From contig NC_068991.1 in NCBI RefSeq assembly GCF_001194135.2, forward strand, positions 18,021,669-18,085,668: 64,000 nucleotides of DNA, in the 5' to 3' direction. Within the stretch, counting starts at the first letter, position 1. Every line of letters begins with the position of its first letter. Position numbers and translations under genes: made by a program. Origin of the DNA: Octopus bimaculoides (taxonomy: Eukaryota). Shown here piece by piece: positions 1 through 11,600 of this stretch. Below the pieces are notes generated by a model. It saw only the letters and a list, made by a program, of their open reading frames with translations. It was not told the origin of the DNA and searched no databases.

Positions 1-37
<37 letters not shown>

Positions 38-108
38 TTTATAACAAAATTGCTTTCAAGGTTCAATTTCAAACCTGTTTATTTTCTTTCACTTCACTTT
101 GTTTACAG

Positions 109-243
109 AAAATCTGCCAATACACCACACCTGACTGGGTGAGTACGATGGATATAGCAGATACTGATGAAGATGGCACTGATGAGATTATCCTTGGATG
201 TAAAGACAATACTATTCAGATTATAAAATTATCTATCAAGTGA
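109..243 (+). CDS. Terminal coding exon of a convergent gene that begins upstream of the window; FG-GAP/VCBS-like beta-propeller repeat protein
   Basis: Polypyrimidine tract plus TTTACAG acceptor at 107-108, then a phase-0 open frame KICQYTTPDWVSTMDIADTDEDGTDEIILGCKDNTIQIIKLSIK* ending TGA at 241-243. It contains a DxDxDGxDE Ca-binding-type loop. Below the ORF-track length cut-off. Confidence 0.75.
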   Translation, partial: KICQYTTPDWVSTMDIADTDEDGTDEIILGCKDNTIQIIKLSIK

Positions 244-609
244 CCACTCACTTGAAAATTCTAATCAGTCTTTTTTAGATATGTTTTTATATTTGTCATA
301 TTTTCAGAGTAAGCATATTGGTATTCATTTGTTTGTCATTTCACTGCAGCCATGCTGGAGCTCCACCTTAGAGGGTTTTAGTCGAAGAAATCAAGCCCAG
401 GACTTCTTTGTAAGCCTAGTACTTATTTTATCGATCTTTTTTTTGCCAAACTGCTAAGTTACAAAGACATAAACACACCAGCATCTGTTGTCAAGCAATG
501 GCGGGGGGAATTTTGGTAGAAGGCAAACAATTCTAGAGGGAACGTTTAGTCAATTGCATCAACTTCAGTACATGACACACACACAAATATGTATGTGACC
601 GTTGACTGA

Positions 610-775
610 ACACTATTCAATTTTTTGTCTCCATATTCTTTCTGTTGAAGAGCGTAGCTCGAAACGTCAAAAACTTTCCGTATTCCCGAGCGTCATACTA
701 ATACATCCTTTTGTTATTTACACCACCTGTCCTCGTCTGTTGTTGTTTTTTCGTATATTCTCCCATATAGATATA
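610..775 (+). mobile_element. Penelope-like element terminal fragment, copy 1
   Basis: About 160 nt that is near-identical to the reverse complement of 3800-3960 and carries the hammerhead-like motif. A related fragment lies near 47520-47600. Confidence 0.55.
637..673 (+). ncRNA. Minimal type-I hammerhead-like motif (core variant CUGUUGA), Penelope-like element end
   Basis: UCUUU-CUGUUGA-A-GAGC(GUA)GCUC-GAAA-CG-UC-AAAAA, with palindromic stem III (ACGU) and a GUC site. An inverted sister copy lies at 3898-3934. Confidence 0.5.
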
Positions 776-2520
776 TATATATATATATGCCAGGCTTCTT
801 TCAGTTTCTGTCTACGAAATCTACTCACAAGGCTTTGGTTGGCATGAGGCTATAGAAGAAGACACTTGCCCAAGGAACCTCTCCTAAAAAAAAGCAATGA
901 GGAAACTTATTGAATTTCCATGTGAGATTATAAAGAAAGAGAAAAATAGACAAACCTCATCACAGCCCCTTGTTACAGTCCTTTGTCATAAGGTTCAGGT
1001 TCCTCTTGGCCTTCACCACATCTTCATAAGTCATCCTTTTCTATGAGTTTCTTCTATTTGGAATGCTTGGCACTTTTTACCCATATGCATCACATGTCTG
1101 TACCAGTTCAGTCTTCTCTCTCTCTCTTATACCCTGTTTTCTCTTAGTCCATTTGTACCATCATGCATGCACACTTCATTTCTTTCCAGCCTTCACTCTT
1201 TATTTGAATTGCATTTCAAACGTCATACACAAACTTAATACAGAGCGTTGCCTGAAGAGGTAACTCCCTGAAACATTTTCCACCTTGGTTTTAAAATAAA
1301 CAAACGATCCAAAAGAACAAATATATTTTTATATTTTAATTGTAGCAAATAAATACTAGGTTTTAGTAAAAGTTCTGCTTATCATTAAGTTTTTGACATG
1401 AAACCTAAGTGAGATCACAGAAATAAGTCTACATCTGAATTAAGAAACATTTTTTATGGTAAGGATTTCTAGTATTGGGCACAACAAGGCCACAGATTTG
1501 TAAAGGAAGAATCTAGTTTATAGAATCAACCCCAAGAATTAGACTAGTTATTTTATTAATGATGAATGGCAAAGTTTACCTGGTGGGTTTGGGGTGAACT
1601 CAGAAGAAAGCTGCCTTTTAAGCTTTTCATAATCATACATTCCATATATGAAAAATAAATGACACTTCATTAATAGTGTGAAAAAGTCTTTTTTTTTTTA
1701 TCATTCAGATATAGTTTACTTAGTTCCCTGTGTTTCATTTTATGTTTGATGTCTAAAACTTAAAATACTTCCAATATGGTCGATATATTGACCTCCCCAC
1801 CTTCCCATATAGAGGTGCTTTTAAGGTCTCTTTTTTTCTCCAGTATGATACTCCACATGTAAGCCGAGGGTACAATGAGTTGTGTATGTACCCTGCAGTT
1901 CTGAGCTGAGGTGGATTAGTAGACAGATAAGATGGACAAAAAAAAAAAAAAAGAAGAGCACCATATACTGAGTGTTGGAAGCAGAGAAAAGAAGACAGCA
2001 CCTAGCCATCTAGAAGACCTGCTCTGGGAAGATTACACACACATGCCTGAATTTATATATCAGTCCAACCCATGCCAGCATGGAAATGAAATTAAAAAAA
2101 AAAAAACAGACTTAAAATTTAAAGACAACAAAATGTGTGGTATATATATTGTACAACACACTTCTTAAAAGCAAGAAGCTTGACATGTTAAGTCACACAT
2201 GGACCACATTTGCAAATATGAGATGAAATTCATTTAAAAAAAAAAAAAAAACAACAAAAAATGAGATAGAGATGTTGATGTAATGGTTTTGTCCATTCCT
2301 GTCATTTTCTTATGTCAATTGTATTTTTTTTCATTTCCTTGTAATGATATTTGTTGACCTCGTTTTGTTGTTGTTCTTGATGTTATACATTCAAAAACAG
2401 TAATATATATGTGTGTATATATATATTTAAAAACAACAACCTCCTTCTCCTATTAAAACTTTGATAGGAATAGAATACTTCTGAATATATTGGTAAATCC
2501 ACTGGAATGCACTGAATGGG

Positions 2521-2646
2521 TCAAGACAGACAATAGTCACTTTCCATCGCATTCCAATCAATGTTGGCAAAAAACGGGTGTGCCTTGATGTCTTCAGCTC
2601 CATTTATCCCACTTCCAAGACGTTCACGAGGATTGTAGCATAACAA
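2521..2646 (-). CDS. RPS6KC1: RPS6KC1 exon 13, terminal ([41 protein letters not shown])
   Basis: Acceptor CTTTGCTTTTCTCAG|, AGC-type ERLG...EDIKxHPFF..IDW tail, stop TGA at 2523-2521. Confidence 0.95.
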   Translation of the reverse strand: MLCYNPRERLGSGINGAEDIKAHPFFANIDWNAMESDYCLS

Positions 2647-5600
2647 CTGAGAAAAGCAAAGAGAAATTTTAAGAAATATACCAACAAAACAAAATCAAGA
2701 CATATATTAGTGACAGAGGCAGTGTTAATACCAAGAGGTAATATTTATTCTGACTTAAACATGGATGCTGTTAGAACAAGGTATACTGCAGTAGATACTA
2801 TGAGAAACTCTCATATTGGCTTTTGGTGCAAAGTGCACTCGTTAACAAGCTCACAGGCACCTATTCTCAGCACCTATTCTGACACTGTTATTTTATATAA
2901 ACCAGAGTTTTCACCAAAGCTAATATGAGAGTTTCTCTCATGGTATCTATTGCAGTATAGTTTGTTCTAACGGAACATCCACGTTTAAGTGGGGATAAAT
3001 ATTACTGCTTGGCACATAAAATACACCATTTCGAGCGTGCCCATTGCCAGTAACTCCTGACTGGCCTCGTGCCGGTGACACGTAAAAGCACCCACTACAC
3101 TCTCTGAGTGGTTGGCGTGAGGAAGGGCATCCAGCTGTAGAAACTCTACCAAATCAGATTGGAGCCTGGTGTAGCCATCTGGTTCACCGGCCCTCGGTCA
3201 AATTGTCCAACCCATGCTAGCATGGAAAGCGGACAATGAACGATGATGATGATATTAATACTGCCAACAATCTCACTGGCTAATCACGACATCAGTGCCT
3301 GTTCTGGTACTGTCATTTTATATATCGCTGGCAGTGGGATGAGTTGTTATCTCTAGCATTTGAGTGTCCATCATTGACAAGATCAAGAAAGGTCAAAAAT
3401 CACATGATCTGGAGGTGGTGAGAAGTTATCTCCCTGTTAGTCTAGTAATATAAACGAGTGCATTTTTCACCAAAAGTCAATATGAAAGTTTTTCTCATGG
3501 TATCTACTGCAGTATAGTTTGCTCTAACAAAGTGGGGATAAAAATCAAGACAGTAATTACAGCACATCAAATGTAATGTCTTTCACCAACACACAATCAG
3601 TATGATCCATTTAATGTCCATGTTCATGCTGGCGTAAGTTGAACGGTTTGATGAGATTTAACAGATCCAAGACCTACATTGTGCCTCACTGTCTACTATA
3701 GCATGGTTTCTACAGTTGGATACCCTTTCTTAACACCAACCACTTTACTGCATATACTGGGTGCTTTTTCAATGTTACCAATATATATATATATATATAT
3801 AGAAAGGAGAATGTACGAGAAAAAACAACAACAGACGAGGACAGGTGGTGTAAACAACAAAAGGATGTATTAGTTTGATGCTCGGGAATACAGAAAGTCT
3901 TTAACGTTTCGAGCTACGCTCTTCAACAGAAAGAATACGGAGAAAAAAAATTGAATGGTGTTTGGTCAGCGATGTAAAAATATGTGACACTTATTCGGTA
4001 GCTATGATAAAACTCCAAGTTTCGGATGCTGGGGTGGGAGCCCACGCCAACATCTCTTCAGCTATCCAGCCATTGAAAATTCCTCGGAGTTTTATCATGG
4101 CTACCAAATAAGTGTCACATATTTTTACAGATAAATTCCTCTATTTACATAATATCGAGGTCTCTTTCTTTCTTTTGTTGTCCTTCCTAGCAATAAATAT
4201 ATATATATATATAATCCAACAACATTCTTTGGACAAATTTTTTAATGGCATCTTGACCAGAGATCAATAATGATAAAAATTGGACTCACTTCTTCCAACA
4301 GGCCTTGAGCCTCCATTGAGATATGAGATGGAATCAATAACTGAGTATGAGATGTAATTCCTCCAGGATGACAAGAAGATAAGCGCTGAAAAAAAAAAAA
4401 AAATCTTTCAAATTCTGGGGCAAAGCTTACAATTTTGAGAAGAGGGGTAAGTCAATTACACTGACCTCACTGTTCAACTGGTACTATTTTATTGACCTTG
4501 AAAGAATGAAAGGCATGATAAGTGAAGGCACTGTTTGGGTAGTCAGCTCTCTCATGGCTCTATTTCTAATGAAAAACATCGCTTATGTGCCTCAATTAAT
4601 TCTCAAAACGGTCAAAAATTTTGAGAGATTTAGTGAAATAATTAACTTTATCAGTTTTGGAAAATAAATGAAAGGTCCTTTGTCATATTCTAGTCTTACC
4701 TCTTCCAATAGCCATGCCCCTACCAAAGGCTCTGTGTCTTGCAAGTTACCTTGCTGGTACTGGTGCCACATAAAAAACACCTAGTCCACTCTGTAAAGTG
4801 GTTGACATCAGGAATAGCATCCGTCCATAAAAACTATGCCAAAGCAGACCTTGCTGCTACTGATGCCATGTAAAATGTACAGAGTCTAGTCTGTAAACTG
4901 GTTAGCATTAGGAAGGGCATCCAACCATAAAACCATGCCAAAATAGACAGTGGAGCTTGCTACAGTCCTCTAGTTTGCCAGCTCTGGTCAAACTGTCCAA
5001 CCCATGCCAGCATGGAGGATGGATGTTAAATGGTGATGATGGAAGATTTTCACATAATTATGAAAAACAAGAGAGATTTTGTGTTAAAGAACTTGAAATG
5101 GTACTATTTAAAATAAGAATGTTATTGGAAATGATTTTTTTTACTGTCCGGAATAAGTAATAATATTTGGTTGGTCTTAAGATCTTAAGGATATAGAAAT
5201 GGAAGTACTGTATCTGATGGCATATAAGATACCCTTTTTTGTTTCAAAACTACCTTAGGCCTTATATTATAAGCCTTAATGCACTAAAAACTTTTTCCTG
5301 AATATGCACTGTTGAAATTGGGATGCATCTAATTTACACATGTGTATTTTATGTCATCAAATACAGTTATTGTTAAGAAGATCTGTTTTACTCCGATATA
5401 AAACAGCAGGTCTTTAGGATTGACTGATATTCTTCAGCAATAAAAACACAACAGTCATTAAGAGAACTTCTATGCAATTACTTAACCTGTTCAAAGTAGC
5501 AGCAAAATATCTTCACAATAAAAAACATCCAATGAGTTTAACCCTCTCAGACCTAGGCCCCTGTGTCTAACTTTACCCTCCATTTAGGCTTCTGAGCAAA

Positions 5601-8600
5601 AAAATAAATAGTTGCATATATAGCTCAAGAGTAACGATAGCAGGCAAACTAATGGACAGAGTCGATAGCATCTTTTTCTACGAGTTTACCAGAAATCCAG
5701 CTGAGCTGATGTTTAACCTATTCTCGCAGAATATGTGACAGGGTTAAAATATAACTCAAATATCATTTTGTCTTGAATCAGTTAAAATAACATGTTCCAC
5801 AGTTTTAAAAATAAGATAACGTGGTTAAGAAATTCTGATAAAATATTCTGTTTGATCCAGACTGTAGAGTGATGTCCAAACGAAGCACACAACTAACTGA
5901 AGCTATTACAACTTAAACTACAATATCTCCTTGTCACAATACCAACATCATAAAAAAAAAAACAAGTAGAAAGAAATCAACTGACTTTTCCAGAAAGCAG
6001 CTCAAATAACAAGGCACCAAAACTCCACCAATCACAGACTTCTGTATGTCCAGATATGCTACAAATTTCTGTAAAAAGAACAAAAACAACAACCACATTT
6101 TTAATAATGTCAATATCAATTCTATGTGTTATTCATGAAATAATATCAGGCTGAGTAAAAAATAAGCAACGTTTTAAAACATGAAATTCAACACAATATA
6201 TTTCAACAATGCAGAAATTTTATTCATCGAAGTAAGTACCATTACAATCAACACATTTTTGCCAACAAGTTATAAGTTTGTTTATTCCAGCAACATAAAA
6301 ATCTAGAGTTCTTGAGCTGATGGACTCTTTGAATGCACTTTCAGCATTGGTTTAATTCTTGAACTCTTTCTCTTATAGGAAACCATCAAGGTGCTTGAAA
6401 AAGTGGTAGTCATTGGGAGAAAGGTCTGGGGAATAAGCTGGGTGGGGATGAACTTCGCAGTCAAGTTCCCTCAACTTCTGGAGCATCATCATATTACAAT
6501 GGGCGTAATGTCCATCCGTCTATCTGTACTCACATCACGGCCAAACGGTTGGGCCGATCGGCATGAAACTTTGTAGGGGTGTTTGGGTGGGGTCTCTAGG
6601 GTGGTTTATATATAAGTTTAGTTCCCCCACCCATATTTTCAGAGAAATCCCATCAATTGAGGTAACTTTGGCAGAAGGAATAGGGTGGCCTCCTAAAGGG
6701 ACATGCTTGACCTCCTCCTTCTGCCCCTGTCCCACCACCCCCTGACCAAGTAATACCATCAATTGAGGCAAATTTGGCCACAAAGCTGCAACTGCTTCCA
6801 CCATTGCTATGAGCTGCTGCTGTTGCTGTCATCAATAAATAAATGTGCCTGTGAATTTGTTCAGCAATTATAAATTAATTTGTGTGTGAATTTCACATAG
6901 CCAGCACATCTCAAATGTAGTCTTCCTTTTATCATGAGAAAATTGCTATAGGTGCAAGGGATCAAAGAAACTGCTCAACTGGGAAGTGGACCAATGTAAA
7001 AGATCACCTTTTTAGGAGCAATACTGAGCACTTCATACACCAAACTAAGGAGATTCGACACAGTCACTCAACCTGCTAGGAAAATGTAGTGCTGGATTCT
7101 GAGCATATTGGAGAAAAGATAAATCTGCTTGATCAAAGGTGATCTGATCTGGAGCAAAATATCAACTTTTCATAAATAATAAAGTTCTTTCACTCACCTG
7201 GTGCAGTATACATATTTTCAACAGCCCAATCGTCTAAAGGCTGGTCAACATTGTTCATTTGACAAAAGTATGAGATCAATACGTGACCTTTCTCTCCAAG
7301 TAGAACATTTGAAGGTTTCAAATCACTGGAAGAATAAATTAAAATAATAAAATAAAGAAAAAAAATACAACATAAAACTTGTTACACATTTAATATGCAA
7401 CAACAGTGAATGTTACTGTCAACCTTAGTACTTCACTGGTTGACCCCTGTATTTTATATATATTGTTGGTTGAGATATATATATATCTAATTATTGTTCT
7501 ACTTACGATCTGACGAGTAGCTATATTTTTGAATAGAATTTATTTTCGATAATTTCAATTGATTTTAATCGATTTAAATTTCTTTTCTATCTGAAAATTA
7601 GTTATGAAACACGTGTAATCTTTTTATTATATTTATCTTATGATATTTACTTTACTTTATATTATACTCATTTATTGTGCTACCGAGGCGATGACTACTG
7701 ACCGAGACCTTTGGAAATGTGCTGTGCGTGAGAAGACCCGGCAAGCCAAGTAAGATCGTTGCCAGTACCCCTGGNNNNNNNNNNNNNNNNNNNNNNNNNN
7801 NNNNNNNNNNNNNNNNNNNNNNNNNNNNNNNNNNNNNNNNNNNNNNNNNNNNNNNNNNNNNNNNNNNNNNNNNNNNNNNNNNNNNNNNNNNNNNNNNNNN
7901 NNNNNNNNNNNNNNNNNNNNNNNNNNNNNNNNNNNNNNNNNNNNNNNNNNNNNNNNNNNNNNNNNNNNNNNNNNNNNNNNNNNNNNNNNNNNNNNNNNNN
8001 NNNNNNNNNNNNNNNNNNNNNNACCCACTACACTCTCTGAGTGGTTGGCGTTAGGAAGGGCATCCAGCTGTAGAAACTCTGCCAAATTAGATTGGAGCCT
8101 GGTGTTGCCATCCGGTTTCACCAGTCCTCAGTCAAATCGTCCAACCCATGCTAGCATGGAAAGCGGACGTTAAACGATGATGATGAACGATGTGATAGTG
8201 GATTTTCATCGATGAGTTCTTGAAACTTGGTTATTTTCCCTAAAATTATATATATATATATATATATATGTATGTCCCTTGTGAGTAGACGTGATGAATG
8301 GAAACTGCTTGGAAGCCCATATATTTGTGCTTATGTGTGTGTGGTCCATGTCTTTGTCTTTCCAACTGCTATCTGAATGTTAGCACTATTTCACAGCTTG
8401 TGTTTATTTACATCTGTAACTTAGCAGTTTGGCAAAACAAGACCAATAGGATAAGTGCCAGACTTTAAAGTACTGGGATTAATTCAATCAATTAAAACCC
8501 CTTAAACAGTCTGGTGTGCTTGCAGTCTAATGGCTGAAACCAGTAAAAGAGCATACACAAAATAAAAGCAAGAACAAAAGAGATTCAACATGGGGTGTCA

Positions 8601-11600
8601 TTCACCATTACATGATCTAAGCCTTCCAAAGGGAGCTCCAGAACTGTATCCATCTGGATCTCCTTTCCTTGTTCAGGATCTTTTCCCTTATACAACTTTC
8701 AAGATTTCAAACTGAACATTACTCTGACTCATTTACTTCTATATCCAAGACTAACAAAGCCTGAAAATGCCAAGGACAACATCCACACCATCTCAGACTA
8801 AATGGAGAAGGAAAAACAAACCTACATAGAAAGTTGTAGAAACCTAGTTACCAAATGTAAAAGAGATATTGAATTGCTCGCTGGTAGATGTTGAGTTCAA
8901 TTTAACAGAAAGCAGTTTGTTGTGTATTTAGGTAATGCATTTAATTGCACAAGTTTCAATTCAGCTAGTTGTTGGAAACAGATATGTCCCTACATGTTGC
9001 ACACACAAAAACTCACAGGCTCAAAGCCCACAAGTGGTTCAGTTGTAACTGTGCTGTAGCATTTGAAGCAAAAAACATGGATTATAATGCTTAGAAGAAA
9101 ATCCTCCTCATCTACAGCCTAGTTCTGTGAGCAGTTCTCTAGCAAAGAAAGCTTCTACTACAAACTGGCATTCAGAAGTGCCAAATAAAACTAAAGCATA
9201 GCAACAACCCTTAAAGTTGCCTCTATGCTTAAGAAACATAGCTTACATTTTAACAGAAAATCCCTTGGTCAAAGGAATTCAACATTATTCAATCACTACC
9301 AACACTAACTGTCATCATCATCATTATTATAACTTGGTATATAAAATAACAAGTCTCACTTGCATCTTAACTCTTCACTGCTATCAAAGAAACTTATCAG
9401 TGTTAATTCCTGGTACTGCTTCACCCAGCTCCTCCATTTACATCACACACTCAATCCATTATGTTCACATCTCCATCAAACATCCACTGATATCATTGAA
9501 AGCCAACTACTTTCATTTTTTTTTTCAACAGACATCTAAAATTGTAAGTGCCACAAATAGTAACTTTAAGATCTACAATGGTTGTGAACAGGATCTTCAG
9601 GAAGCCTTTCTTAGTTCCCAGTAACATAGAGCTCAAGTTATTTGACTAAGGTCACTGACTTCTTTGAGCTGTGTACCATTGTTTCAACAAATTGACAGGC
9701 AGATTTCATCTTCATTGATGGTCATATATTTAGTCATCTATACATTTGAGAAACAGAGTGACCTATGAAGAAGGGGTTTCAAGATTGCCTTGATGGTACC
9801 TACAAGTTTCTCTTGATGAGTTTCAACCTCTCATGGCATGAACGCAAAACCAAAGAGGAGATTTATAGACACATTCCACTCATTTCTAGTACTATTGCTC
9901 AATGCAGGATAAGGCTTACTGATAACTGTTATTGTGCAGAACACCAGGCCATATTGGATGCCATATTTTGAAGACTTTTACACCCTCATAGAGGACAAAG
10001 ACCATTCAGCTACATTTATGCTATTGGCCGACTTACACCATGAAACTGAGGACCTGCCAAAGCTAAAAGAAGAAAAAGAAGCCTGCTGTAGTGTTGTGAA
10101 ACACATCTAATTGTTTGAAGAAGTTGTGAACATTTGAAAAATACTTGGTATTGTACGTGTGAGAGGGGAAGAAAGAGATTGTACAGAAGGTAACTTATAA
10201 CTTCATGGCCAAGACTTCAAACTTTACTCCAGCTAGCAATGATGCCGCTATTGAGTAAAAAACATCCCTCTTTGATAGACCAGCAATTTTTAGTTCACAT
10301 CTGAGTGGCTTGAGGCAGAATAGGAATTCAACTCTAAACAATTGCAAAAATATGCAATTCATATTTTCTTGTCAGAAGAGAAAAATGAATGCAAAACAAC
10401 AAAATAAATCAGACCGGTGCAGGCATGGGTGTTTGGACACAGAGTTCACTTTATAAGCATATAATTTTTTACTAACTCACTACACAGCACTGTGAGCAAG
10501 TAACTTCAACTGTAGCCAACCAATGCCTTGTAAGTAGAATTGGTAGATGGAAACTATAAAAGTCTATTGAGAGAGAGAGAGAGTGTGTGTGTGTGTATGT
10601 ATATATATATATATATGCATGTGTGTGGATGTTTACATTCTACTGCTTCACATGACACCTAGCAAAAGAAAAGAAGTGGTGCTGACATTCCCTTTCAACA
10701 AATTATCTACTAGCTCTGTGCTTTTGAAGGCATGTAGAAAAATCCATTACTTGAAAAAGCAGGTAAGTGTTAGGGACAGGAAGTGCACCTGGCTGTAAAA
10801 TAAAACTTCAATAAGTATTTATCCAACTTGTGACAGCAGGGAATCCCTCACCCCACCCAAAAAAAAAAAATAAAAATAAAAAAATAACGGATGTAAAATG
10901 AACAAACGGATGTAAACCCACACTCATACAAAGAAGAAATAAGAGATAAGGAGAAGGAAGAGAGAAAAGAGGAGCAAGGATAGACTGAGAAAGAAAAAGT
11001 TACTCACCGACAAATAATACCCTGATCATGCAAGTATGACAGAGCAATCACAACTTCTGCTGCCCACTGTTTGATGCAAGATTCCGGTAGCACAACTTCT
11101 GAAGACCAGTTCCTACTACTGTCAAATTCTTCAAATACTTTCCACACTTTACTTTTTGAAGGTGACTTCAGATCACACTCAAATGATGCAGACCGACATG
11201 GCTCCATAAATGACTGTCTAGGAATGCCTGTGTATGATGTTGTATTGTGTTTGGTGGACTTTTGACTGAGACAACTACAGTCATTGGTAAAGTCTGATGT
11301 TGCAGCTATTAATGGGGCTGTTGTGCTTTCTTTCTCATCTTTAGAGTTTAAAGCTTTCTTTGTTCCACTATTGCCTTCTAAACAGTCTGTCTTAGGATTA
11401 GAGTTTTTGGTTACAGAAGAAACTAAGGTATTTATACTTTGAGATTCAGAATAATTCTCTGTTAAGTCACTCTTGACAACACTTAACAAACGTGACTTTG
11501 ATAGACTTTCTCCCTCACCAGCAGAAATAGTTCTTTCTCTAGAGTTAAGGCTGCTTGACTGCGAATGCATCTTTGGTAGACTGCTGGAATATTTATGAAG

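Noticed and set aside
1246-1280. CUGAAGA-GG...CC-U-GAAA hammerhead-like core
   Set aside because: Stem II is only 2-3 bp and there is no stem I or III pairing. Probably a decayed element end, so not counted.
1753-2009. ORF-track ORFs with a good-looking acceptor and THCTL (resembling human THTTL) as a candidate RPS6KC1 exon 12
   Set aside because: The true homologous exon is at 4290-4385 and the stop codon is at 2521, so this region is 3' UTR or intergenic.
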